Assembly: GCA_964347715.1 (NCBI GenBank)
Contig: CAYGAO010000014.1
Location: 1-24,405, forward strand
DNA from: an uncultured Acidobacteriota bacterium
GTDB lineage: Bacteria; Acidobacteriota; Vicinamibacteria; Marinacidobacterales; Marinacidobacteraceae
Length of the DNA stretch: 24,405 bases
Reading direction: 5' to 3'
The notes beneath the pieces are model-generated. The model made no database searches, was not told the origin of the DNA, and saw only the letters and a program-made list of their open reading frames with translations. Each line of letters opens with the position of its first letter. Within the stretch, counting starts at the first letter, position 1. The position numbers and the translations under genes are program-made. This document shows positions 7,997 to 16,441 of this stretch, one piece after another.

Positions 7997-9100
7997 ATGT
8001 TCCACGACCTCCGAATCCAACGGTTCCGCCTCTTCGAGGACCTCCGGATCGACCGGCTGAGCCGCGTCAACCTGATAGCCGGGAAGAACAACACGGGCAA
8101 GACCACGGTTCTGGAAGCGCTGTTCCTGCTTTCGGGCGGGGGAGCGCCCCAACTCCTGGACCGGACCCTCGGCTTCCGAGGCATCGGCCAGGCCCTCGGT
8201 CAGATCGACCGGGTGCCCGAAACGCACTGGGAACCGCTCTTCTTCGGGTTCGAGGCCGGAGAGCCCATCGCGATCCGGGCCGAGACGGCGCGCCACGGCC
8301 CGCTGAACCTGACGCTGAGGATCGAGCGGCGAGATTCGGTGGAGGTCCGCTCGTCGCCTTCGGGCATCGCCGGGGCCACCGTCGTGGAAGGGGAACCGGC
8401 AGGGCTCGACCTGGGCCCGTCCGATCCCCGGTCGCTTCGGCTGGTCTGGCAACAGCGGGAGGAACAGCCAGCCGAGGGACGAATCGAACTGTTCGCCAAG
8501 GGCCTGCGACTTCAAAACCCCCTGGGGGCGCCGTTCCCGGCGTTCTTCGTCTCCAGCCGAACCCACGACCTGGCGACGGATGCGATGCGGCTGGGTCAGT
8601 TGCGGACGAAGAAGATGGGTGGTCGTCTGACCGAGGCGCTGCAGGCGATCGAACCCCGACTCCGGAGCGTCGAGGACAGTGTCGCGGGCGGCAGTCCCAT
8701 GATCTGGGGAGACATCGGGCTGCCCCGCCTGCTGCCCCTGGCGGCGATGGGAGAAGGAATGGCGGCGGTCACCAGCCTGGTCCTGGCGATGGCCGCTGCC
8801 GAGAAGGGGGTCGTGCTGGTGGACGAGATCGAACGCGGGATACACCACTCGGTGATGGAGGACCTGTGGCGGGTCGTGGACCGGAGTTCACGGGAGTTCG
8901 ACACTCAGGTCATCGCCACCACGCACAGCTACGAATGCCTGATGGCGGCGCAGCGGGCCTTCTCGCAGGACGGCGAGTCGGAGGCGGGGGACTTCCGGTT
9001 CCAACGGCTCGAACGGGCGCGGGACGGCGGCATGCGCTCCGTGGGACTCGATCCGGACGATCTGGCGGCGGTCGCTCGCCACGGTCTTGAAGTGCGCTAA
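7997..9100 (+). CDS. ABC-type AAA ATPase (AAA_21/AAA_15-like; the OLD/AbiL/PARIS-AriA/Septu-PtuA type of ATPase), 367 aa
   Basis: ATG at 7997 preceded by GGGGGAGGGG. Motifs seen: Walker A NLIAGKNNTGKTTVLEAL about 25 aa from the N-terminus, ABC-signature-like LPLAAMGEGMAAV, Walker B VVLVDEIERGIHH and H-loop IATTHS. The ORF-track entry 7595..9100 starts too early, inside R1. Confidence 0.8.
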   Translation: MFHDLRIQRFRLFEDLRIDRLSRVNLIAGKNNTGKTTVLEALFLLSGGGAPQLLDRTLGFRGIGQALGQIDRVPETHWEPLFFGFEAGEPIAIRAETARHGPLNLTLRIERRDSVEVRSSPSGIAGATVVEGEPAGLDLGPSDPRSLRLVWQQREEQPAEGRIELFAKGLRLQNPLGAPFPAFFVSSRTHDLATDAMRLGQLRTKKMGGRLTEALQAIEPRLRSVEDSVAGGSPMIWGDIGLPRLLPLAAMGEGMAAVTSLVLAMAAAEKGVVLVDEIERGIHHSVMEDLWRVVDRSSREFDTQVIATTHSYECLMAAQRAFSQDGESEAGDFRFQRLERARDGGMRSVGLDPDDLAAVARHGLEVR

Positions 9101-9105
9101 AGAGG

Positions 9106-9447
9106 ATGGGCAGGGAGCCCCGAGAGATCACCTCGCCGGCGCAGATTCTCGTCGAGGGGCGAGATGGCGAGCTGTTCTTGAACGTACTGATCGAGGCTCT
9201 GGCAGCGGAGGGGCGACTGACCGAGAAGCGCGCGGACCGCTCCGGGATTTCGTGCGGCAGGTCTCGGAGGGGCCAGGGGAACTTCGAGGCCCTTGATCGC
9301 CCTGTTCGCCGCCCGGACGAGCTCCGGGCGGTCCCGGACCGTTGGCACGCCGGCGCGTCCGCCGGGTCGGCTGGGTGCGGCTCGGGGGACGACCCTCACG
9401 GTCCCAGCGCTCGCCAGCTTCCGGCGGCGCCTGCGGGCCTCCGGTGA
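9106..9447 (+). pseudogene. Truncated Toprim-like (DUF4276/RloB/OLD-like) partner of the upstream ATPase. Only ~60 codons are unique before the ORF runs into repeat R2
   Basis: ATG at 9106 lies 5 nt after the ATPase TAA, with the SD sequence AAAGAGG. N-terminal ..AQILVEGRDGELFLNVLIEAL matches the hV(E)G..E..F Toprim-type opening of DUF4276/RloB/OLD proteins. No downstream DxD-type motif. Sequence from about 9300 onward belongs to repeat R2. Confidence 0.4.
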
Positions 9448-9720
9448 TTTCAGGACGGTTCGCGGACGAGGGCTGCTGACGATGACGACCGATGCCGGAC
9501 CGGGGATTCGGCAACCGGGTGAACCGGAAAGATCGCAATTGACCCGAATTGACCCGAATTGAGCTGATATTGGCCCGAATCGACCTGAATCAATCCGAAT
9601 CGGCCGGCAATGGGTCCGAACGCCGGTCGGCGCGCCGGATCCGCGCCCAGGTCGCGCCCCGGCCGCGCCCGGACGGGGCGATCGAGCCCCTGGCCCGCAG
9701 CGCTTCCAGGTCCTTCTGGA
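9305..9720 (+). repeat. Long direct repeat R2, the copy of R1. It contains the 10-bp array (9536..9606, about 7 units) and the genuine 3' end of the AlbA_2-family gene
   Basis: See R1. Array: gcaattgacc cgaattgacc cgaattgagc tgatattggc ccgaatcgac ctgaatcaat ccgaatcggc cgg. Confidence 0.8.
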
Positions 9721-11074
9721 GACGCCGGAGGTCAACCGGTTGCGAAAGCCCGGCCCGGATATCCCGGAGCGCCAGCGGATGCCCTTCGCGATCCAGCAGC
9801 GCCAGAATCGCCTTTTGCCGGTCTTCGCTCGGCTCCTTCTCCGCGATGGGGTCGGCGCTGCGTTTCGCCGCCCCGGGCTCGGGATCCGGTCGCGTCTCCG
9901 TCCCGGCGCGCCGGAACCGGACGGTCACGTTGCCCGCATCGTCCTCGATCTCGGGGCGGGGGAGGCCGGCCCGTTCCGTTTCTTCCGCGATCTTGACCGT
10001 CCCTCGACCCCACTCCTCGATCACGCCCCGCCGGTAGAAGGTCCGGGCGATGAGCGGATTCCACGGCCGCGACGGGTGCGGCCCGAAGAGCTTTTCGGGG
10101 GTCAACCCGAAGTGGAGGGTTCCGGGCGAGGTGACCTCCAGCCGGTCGTCGTAAACGGCGATTCCCGGCGAACCGCCGCCGACGGAGTAATCGCGGTGGC
10201 AGAGCGCGTTCGCCAGAGCCTCGCGAGTGGCCAGCGTCGGGTAGAGCGGCTCGTCGATGCGATCCATGCGACCCGGTTCGAACCGGCTGGCGATCGGCAG
10301 CGTGTCCCGCAGGAAACGCTCGCCGGCGCGGAGCAGCGCGAAGGCGTTTCCGTAGAACTGCCGGTTGTCGAGGAACTCCATGCGGTCGAGGCCCCGGAAC
10401 CGGGCGACCCGAAGCCGGCACTGCGGCAACTCGACCTCGAGCCGTCGTTCGTTGCCGAACACCACCGCCGCCGCCCGCAAGGGGACGCCGTCCCGGCAGA
10501 GACCCAGACCGGTCAACAACTCCCCGGGATCGCGGGTGCCGGGATCCTCGAGTCGGCCGCGTCGAATCGCCTCTTCCACCGTGCGTCGAATCTCGGTCGC
10601 GTCCAGATCCCCGACCGACCAGCCGGCCGCCGGCTGATTCTCCCAACGCTGGTCACCATGTAGGCGCTCCAACAGTACGCGGTGGTACTCGTCGGTCGGC
10701 ATGACGCGCGTCGTGTTGCCGACCCGGCGGTAGGCAGAGCCACGATACTCGTACGGCTTCGCCGTTCCCGGAGTCACGGAAACGACCACGATCTTCAGCC
10801 CTTCGGCGACGGGCACCCGCTCGACGGCCGGGGACGCCGGCGGGTCGATCCGCGCGAGCTCCTCGCTCAGCTGCTCGATGGTCCGTTCGCTCACCTGCTG
10901 CCCCACGGGCTTGCCCTCCGGCGTCACCCCGAGGAGCACCCGGCCGCCCTGCTGATTCAACATGGCGCAGACCGTCTTGGCGGCCTCGCGGCGCATCCCC
11001 GTCATTTTCTTCAGCTCCAGCGTTTCCGATTCGCCGGCTGCGACCAGCGCCGCGATCCCGGCTGCGGTGATCAT
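9590..11074 (-). CDS. AlbA_2 (divergent AAA, Schlafen-like) + HATPase_c_4 + C-terminal wHTH protein, the kind often annotated as 'putative transcriptional regulator / RecG-like'
   Basis: Start chosen at MITAAGIAALVAAGESETLELKK (ATG about 11074, overlapping the upstream stop as ATGA). Motifs: LELKKMTG..AKTVCAMLNQQGGRVLLGV (AlbA_2), LREALANALCHRDYSVGGGSPGIAVYDDRLEVTSPGTL (HATPase_c_4). The ORF-track N-terminal 67 aa are upstream extension. Confidence 0.8.
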   Translation of the reverse strand: MITAAGIAALVAAGESETLELKKMTGMRREAAKTVCAMLNQQGGRVLLGVTPEGKPVGQQVSERTIEQLSEELARIDPPASPAVERVPVAEGLKIVVVSVTPGTAKPYEYRGSAYRRVGNTTRVMPTDEYHRVLLERLHGDQRWENQPAAGWSVGDLDATEIRRTVEEAIRRGRLEDPGTRDPGELLTGLGLCRDGVPLRAAAVVFGNERRLEVELPQCRLRVARFRGLDRMEFLDNRQFYGNAFALLRAGERFLRDTLPIASRFEPGRMDRIDEPLYPTLATREALANALCHRDYSVGGGSPGIAVYDDRLEVTSPGTLHFGLTPEKLFGPHPSRPWNPLIARTFYRRGVIEEWGRGTVKIAEETERAGLPRPEIEDDAGNVTVRFRRAGTETRPDPEPGAAKRSADPIAEKEPSEDRQKAILALLDREGHPLALRDIRAGLSQPVDLRRLQKDLEALRARGSIAPSGRGRGATWARIRRADRRSDPLPADSD

Positions 11075-12842
11075 GCCCGCCCAGTACCCCGGTCGCCGTC
11101 CGGCTCGGGGAAGGGTTCGGGAAGCCCCCTGACGATCTTCACGGTCTCGACGCTCACATGGACGATCCGCCGGAACGCGGTCACCAGGTCTTCGGGCTTC
11201 TCGAACCACCCGTTCGGGTCGTTCAGTATCCCGCTCCGCTTGTCGCGCGTCACCCGGTAGCGGTCCATGAACCACTCGACCGGCGACCTGCCGTTCACCA
11301 CGTACTCGTGCGCCTCCGGCGGAATCCCGGCCAGACGAACGAACTCGTTCAGTATCAGCACGCTCCGGTCCTCCTTGTCGGCGAACCGCATCCTGCGGGT
11401 GCCGATACGGAAGTGCCTGGACTCCAGCCCCAGGAGCTTCGACGGTACGACCCGGAGCGGGTATTCGGCGCAGGTCTCATAGCCCAGATGGAGTTTCCCC
11501 AACGCTCGTCCGGCCTCCACGAAGGCGTCGAAGTCGGGAGCCATCGGAATCCGGGGAAGGCCCTTGGCCAGGTCGTTCGCGAAACGCTTGCCGTAGGCAG
11601 GCGCGTGGAGAACCCCGTACACATAGTCGAAGATGTCGTCCTTCGTGATCGTGTCGCGCCCGTAGTGATCCCGAAAGAGGTGCAGCGCCCAGTCCGTGAT
11701 GTTGTCCACCGGACCCATATCCGCCCTGAAGAGTTCGTCGTCGTCAAAGACACCCCCGTGGGTACTTGGGGTAGGTCCATCTGGGGAAGCACTGCCCGAA
11801 CTCGAGGAAGTGGAAGTCGGGCATTCGGTCGGCGAGGAGGACCGAGAATGGTTTCGTCGCGCCCCTCCCAGGCACGCAGATGACGCGATTCTCCGCTCGT
11901 ACTGGTAACGCGGGAAACACTGGCCCTTCGACACCAGCTCGAAGTCGGGCATCGTGTCGGCCATGAGCGCCGCTCCTCCCCGAGAGCGGCTTCGATCTTC
12001 GCCGGGTCGGTGGTCACCGGGAGCTCCAGCTCCTGGAGCGAGGCGTCCTCGTCGTTCCGCCCGGCGCGGGTGTCCGAGCAGATCCCGATGTATCGGTGCT
12101 CCACTGTCTGCTGTTCGGCGAAGGCGCGCATGGACTGCTGCAGCAGCGAGATCGAGGGGACCAGGTAGAGGACCCGCCCGCCGATCCCGACCATCTCCTC
12201 GGCGATCCGCATCGCGGTGAAGGTCTTGCCCGTGCCGCAGGCCATGACCAGCTTCCCGCGGTCGGCGCTCCCGAACCCGGCCCGCACCGCCTCGATCGCC
12301 TGTTGCTGGTGCTTCCGCGCGGTGAACGGCTCGGTCCGCCAGCGGAGCGCCTCCGGCGCCTCCTCGAGCAGGTTCGGCCAGTCCACGGGCCGTTTCGCCA
12401 GGTCGGCGAACTGGAGCACCTGGACCTCGGGCCGCTGCCCCCGGATCATGGCGAGCGCGTTCGGCCCCCATCCGCGCCCGGTGTCCACGACCATGCGGGC
12501 GGTGAAGTGCTTCTTCCCGGAGGCGGCGAGGAACGAGTCGAGGTCGCCCTTCGAGATCCGGGTGTTCGGCCGGTAGCACTTGCACTGGATGGCGCAGAAG
12601 CCGCCGTCGCGCTCTTCGGCGACGAGATCCACCCCGGTGTCCCGGGCCGAGCGCCCGAACCTGACGGCCCAGTCGGCCCACCGCGAGACCGAGGCGAACC
12701 GGTCCCGGTAGAGCGGATCCTCCAGGAGGTATCTCCGGATCAGCCGCTCGAAGAGCGCCCCCTGCTCGGCCGGCGAGCCGGACCGCTCGAAGATCTGGTC
12801 CAGGACTGTCCGCAGGTCGTGCATCGGCCGCCGCTCCCCCAT
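11071..12842 (-). pseudogene. Decayed type ISP restriction-modification enzyme. An N-terminal Mrr-like PD-(D/E)xK nuclease and the first helicase motifs run in one frame (12842..~11985). A frameshift then joins a C-terminal type-ISP-like domain in another frame (~11750..11071). Most of the helicase, the whole MTase and most of the TRD are missing
   Basis: ORF 11355..12842(-) reads GVDLVAEERDGGFCAIQCKCY (nuclease), then MACGTGKTFTAMRIAEE (helicase motif I) and YLVPSISLLQQ, and turns to nonsense after ..AALGEERR. ORF 11071..13224(-) carries real-looking sequence only from ..LMADTMPDFELVSKGQCFPRY.. and MGPVDNITDWALHLFRDHYG...HEYVVNGRSPVEWFMDRYRVTRDKRSGILNDPNGWF (the type ISP C-terminal domain pattern) up to the stop. 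Total length ~1.8 kb against ~4.7 kb for an intact enzyme. A ~70-bp internal duplication sits at 11772..11845 and 11896..11975. Confidence 0.65.
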
Positions 12843-13012
12843 CCCGATCCGGGCGGAGCGGATTATCCCCGGCGGGCCGGCGCGCCGGGGGCTTGAATCG
12901 CCGGGGCGTCCCCGAATATGCTCCGCGCGCTTCCGGGCGCCGTCGCGCAGGGTCGGCGGCGGCCCCGGTGTCTCGGAGGGTGCCGCCCGGCGGGGTGGAA
13001 GGAAGGTTGCTG

Positions 13013-14341
13013 ATGCTCAGGCGAATCCGGTGGATCGCGCCGACGGTGCTCCTGTCCGCGCTCCTGTGGGCCGAGCCGGCTCTCGCCCAGGACGGGGACG
13101 CGATGAGCACGGTCGGGCTCGACACGGTCTTCGTCCTCCTGTCGGCGTTCCTCGTGTTCCTGATGCAGGCAGGGTTCGGGATGCTCGAGGCCGGGTTCAT
13201 CCGCGCGAAGAACACCTCGAACATCCTGACGAAGAACTTCCTCGACTACTGCTTCGCCTCGCTCGGATTCTTCATCTTCGGCTACGCGATCATGTTCTCC
13301 GAGGGGAACGGGCTCTTCGGGACGAGCGGCTTCCTGATGCTCGGAGCCGAATCTCCGGCGGATGTGCCGCTGTGGGCGTTCTGGCTGTTCCAGGCGGCGT
13401 TCTGCGGCGCGGCGGCGACGATCGTCGCCGGCGGGATGGCCGAGCGGATGAAGTTCACCGCCTACCTGGCCTACTCCTTCATCATCTCGGCGTTCGTGTA
13501 TCCGGTCGTCGGACACTGGACCTGGGGCGGCGGCTGGCTCGCCGGACTCGACTTCTTCGACTTCGCCGGCTCGACGGTCGTGCACCTGACGGGCGGGGCC
13601 ACCGCGCTCGTGGGCGCGTGGATCCTCGGCCCCCGGCTCGGGAGGTTCAACGCCGACGGCACGGTGAACTTCATCGCCGGGCACTCGGTGCCGCTCGCCA
13701 CGCTCGGGACCTTCATCCTCTGGTTCGGGTGGTTCGGCTTCAACGCCGGATCGAATCTGGCGGTCGGAGACGGCGAGGCGATTTCGCTGATCGCGATCAA
13801 CACGAACCTCGCCGCCGCCGCCGGGGCGCTCGTGACCACCTTCATCTCCTGGATCATCTGGGGGAAGCCGGACCTGTTCTTCACCATGAACGGCGCCCTC
13901 GCCGGGCTCGTCTCCGTCACCGCTCCGTGCGCGGTGGTGAGTCCGTTCGCGGCGATCTGGATCGGCGTCGTCGGAGGGTTCGTGGTCGTCTTCGCCACCA
14001 CCGCGCTCACGAAGATCCGGATAGACGACCCCTGCGGCGCCTTCCCGGTGCACGGGGCCTGCGGGTTCTGGGGCACGCTCGCGGTCGGCCTCTGGGGTCG
14101 CGAGCCGCTCGGCCTCGCCCGGGAAGGCCTCTTCTACGGCGGCGGTTTCGAGCAACTCGGGATCCAGGCGCTCGGCAGCCTCGCCACCGCCGCCTTCATC
14201 ATGGTGGCGATGGGGCTCGTCTTCCTCACGATCAAGGCGCTCTTCGGCCTCCGGGTCTCCCGCGCCGAGGAGATCCGCGGCCTCGACGAGAACGAACACG
14301 GCATGGAGTCCTACACCGGGTTCCAGATCCTGAGCTCCTGA
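13013..14341 (+). CDS. amt: Ammonium transporter (Amt family) with signal peptide
   Basis: ORF 12893..14341(+). The likely start is the ATG at 13013 (MLRRIRWIAPTVLLSALLWAEPALAQ), with GGAAGG upstream. Amt hallmarks seen: DTVFVLLSAFLVFLMQAGFGMLEAGFIR, ..FDFAGSTVVHLTGG.., ..WFGWFGFNAGS.., ..DDPCGAFPVHGACGFWG. Confidence 0.85.
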   Translation: MLRRIRWIAPTVLLSALLWAEPALAQDGDAMSTVGLDTVFVLLSAFLVFLMQAGFGMLEAGFIRAKNTSNILTKNFLDYCFASLGFFIFGYAIMFSEGNGLFGTSGFLMLGAESPADVPLWAFWLFQAAFCGAAATIVAGGMAERMKFTAYLAYSFIISAFVYPVVGHWTWGGGWLAGLDFFDFAGSTVVHLTGGATALVGAWILGPRLGRFNADGTVNFIAGHSVPLATLGTFILWFGWFGFNAGSNLAVGDGEAISLIAINTNLAAAAGALVTTFISWIIWGKPDLFFTMNGALAGLVSVTAPCAVVSPFAAIWIGVVGGFVVVFATTALTKIRIDDPCGAFPVHGACGFWGTLAVGLWGREPLGLAREGLFYGGGFEQLGIQALGSLATAAFIMVAMGLVFLTIKALFGLRVSRAEEIRGLDENEHGMESYTGFQILSS

Positions 14342-14372
14342 TGTCCTCACCGCCCACGGGGCACCCCCGCAC

Positions 14373-14714
14373 ATGAAACTGGTCACCGCGCTCATCCAGC
14401 CTGAAGTCCTGCCGAATGTGCAGAACGAACTCTTCGCCGTCCAGATTCGCAAATTCTCGGTGAGCGCCGGCGTCGGACACGGCACCCAGAAGGGCTGGGA
14501 AGCCACCTTCGGCGGCGTCCAGACCCAGGTGAACGTACTGAAGCGCGTCCGGGTGGAGATCGCCGTGAACGACGACTTCGTCGAACGGGCGGTGAACGCG
14601 GTGATGCGCGGCGCCCAGACCGGAGAAGCCGGCGACGGGAAGATCTTCATCACCGAGATCCAGGACTGCGTCCGCATCCGCACCGGCGAACGCGGCTCGC
14701 AGGCCATCGGCTGA
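14373..14714 (+). CDS. glnK: PII nitrogen regulatory protein (GlnK-like, amt-linked) with a non-canonical T-loop lacking Tyr51
   Basis: MKLVTALIQPEVL.., B-loop TGEAGDGKIF, C-terminal VRIRTGERG, 113 aa. T-loop GHGTQKGWEATFGGVQTQ against the canonical GRQKGHTELYRGAEY. Confidence 0.8.
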   Translation: MKLVTALIQPEVLPNVQNELFAVQIRKFSVSAGVGHGTQKGWEATFGGVQTQVNVLKRVRVEIAVNDDFVERAVNAVMRGAQTGEAGDGKIFITEIQDCVRIRTGERGSQAIG

Positions 14715-14723
14715 GGCCGTCCC

Positions 14724-16139
14724 GTGTCGCTGCGCCAGGTCCGCCGGCTGATCGCCGACAAGGACATCCGCCATGTGGACTTCCGTTTCGCCGACCTCCT
14801 CGGCGGCTGGCGGCACATCACCTATGCGGTCGAGGCCTTCGAGGAGGACATGTTCGTCGGGGGCGTCGGCTTCGACGGCTCCTCGGTCCGGGGCTTCCAG
14901 GGGATCGAGGACTCGGACATGCTGCTCCGCCCCGATCCGGAGAGCGTCTTCGTGGATCCGTTCTACAAGGATCCGACGCTCGTATTCATCTGCAATGTCA
15001 AGGATCCGGTGACGCTGCGCCTCTATTCGCGCGACCCGCGTTACATCGCCGAGAAGGCGACCCGGTTCCTGAACAGCTCCGCGCTCGCGGACACCTGCTA
15101 CATCGGGCCCGAGGCCGAGTTCTACATCTTCGACGATGTCCGGTTCGACCAGACGGTGAACGAGGCGTTCTACCGGGTGGATTCGGCCTGGGGCGGATGG
15201 AACACCGGACGCGAGGAAGGGCCGAATCTCGGCCACAAGCCGGGGCTGAAGCAGGGCTACTTCCGGATGCCGCCGACCGACCCCTACCAGGATGTGCGCT
15301 CGCAGATGGTCACGAACCTCCGGAGCTGCGGCGTGGACGCCGAACTCCACCACCAGGAGGTCGGTAGTGGCGGACAGGCCGAGATCGGCATCCGCTACAA
15401 GCCGCTCATCGAGATGTCCGACGCGGTGATGAAGTTCAAGTACACGATCAAGAACACCGCCCATCAGCACGGGAAGACGGCGACCTTCATGCCGAAGCCG
15501 CTGCTCGGCGACAACGGCTCCGGCATGCACTGCCATGTGAGCCTCTGGCGCGACGGCAAGAACCTGTTCCACGACCAGGACGGCTATGCCGGGCTCAGCG
15601 ACACCGGGCGCTTCTTCATCGGCGGCGTCCTGAAGCACGCCGGTTCGCTCCTCGCGTTCACCTGTCCCACGGCGAACTCCTACCGGCGCCTCGTCCCGGG
15701 TTTCGAGGCGCCGGTGAAGCTCGTCTATTCGCAGCGGAACCGCTCGGCGGCGGTGCGGATCCCGATGTATTCGGCAGCCGCGGCGGCGAAGCGGATCGAG
15801 TTCCGCTGCCCCGATCCGAGCGCGAACCCCTACCTCGCGTTCTCGGCGCTGCTGATGGCCGGGGTGGACGGCATCCTGGAGCGGACCGAGCCGCCCGCTC
15901 CCGTGGACAAGGACATCTACGAGCTGCCGGAGGCCGAACAGCGAAAGATCGGCGACACCCCGCCGACGCTCAAGGCGGCGCTTCGTTCGCTCGAAGACGA
16001 CAACGAGTACCTGTTGCGTGGCGGCGTGTTCACGCCGGATGTCGTGGACACCTGGATTCGCTACAAGCGCGCGAACGAGCTGGCCTACATGGACCAGCGC
16101 CCGCACCCGGCGGAGTTCGCGCTCTACTACGACTGCTAG
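14724..16139 (+). CDS. glnA: Glutamine synthetase type I
   Basis: GTG at 14724. Collinear with E. coli GlnA: ..VDFRFADLLGG.., FDGSS, ..GPEAEFYIFDD.., ..KPLLGDNGSGMHCHVSL.., ..NSYRRLVPGFEAPV.., ..RNRSAAVRIP.., C-terminal PHPAEFALYYDC. Confidence 0.92.
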   Translation: MSLRQVRRLIADKDIRHVDFRFADLLGGWRHITYAVEAFEEDMFVGGVGFDGSSVRGFQGIEDSDMLLRPDPESVFVDPFYKDPTLVFICNVKDPVTLRLYSRDPRYIAEKATRFLNSSALADTCYIGPEAEFYIFDDVRFDQTVNEAFYRVDSAWGGWNTGREEGPNLGHKPGLKQGYFRMPPTDPYQDVRSQMVTNLRSCGVDAELHHQEVGSGGQAEIGIRYKPLIEMSDAVMKFKYTIKNTAHQHGKTATFMPKPLLGDNGSGMHCHVSLWRDGKNLFHDQDGYAGLSDTGRFFIGGVLKHAGSLLAFTCPTANSYRRLVPGFEAPVKLVYSQRNRSAAVRIPMYSAAAAAKRIEFRCPDPSANPYLAFSALLMAGVDGILERTEPPAPVDKDIYELPEAEQRKIGDTPPTLKAALRSLEDDNEYLLRGGVFTPDVVDTWIRYKRANELAYMDQRPHPAEFALYYDC

Positions 16140-16348
16140 CAGCCCGTGGACAAGACGCCCCGCAAGGGAATCCGTCCTCGAAGAGGTGGGGAACCCCTTC
16201 GTCCGGGCGGATGCGGGGCGCTTTCCCCACCGGATGGCGGCCCGAATCGCTGGCGCGATCCGTTCCGCTCTCTTTCGCGGGGAGGGAGGACCCTCCCCGG
16301 CGGCGCTTCGCGCCGCGTCGGCGCACCAGGGACTTTCTCCACAGCCTG
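16140..16348 (-). mobile_element. MITE/REP-like structured element, copy c (full, inverted orientation), starting 1 nt after the glnA TAG stop
   Basis: cagcccgtggacaag...ctttctccacagcctg, the reverse complement of copies b and e. It explains the artefactual N-terminal extension of ORF 16211..17737 and ORF 14232..16367(-). Confidence 0.85.
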
Positions 16349-16441
16349 CTGGCGCCGCATGAGCCAAGCGTCCCCGATCGAACCGACTCCCGGAGGCCGG
16401 ACGCAGGAAACCCCGACCCCCGCCAACGGAGGCCCGCTTAC

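Noticed and set aside
11071-11074. One-base discrepancy between my manual position count and ORF-track coordinates for the stop/start overlap near 11071
   Set aside because: This is not biology, probably a counting slip. ORF-track coordinates are used, and the ATGA overlap is independent of the exact numbering.
12863-14821. 652-aa ORF (-) and 448-aa ORF 13030..14376(+) overlapping amt
   Set aside because: Antisense and off-frame shadows. The Amt frame has the full set of transporter motifs and hydrophobic periodicity.
16211-16441. N-terminal 77-aa extension of ORF 16211..17737
   Set aside because: It is the in-frame translation of MITE copy c. The genuine start is the ATG at 16442 preceding a TM anchor.
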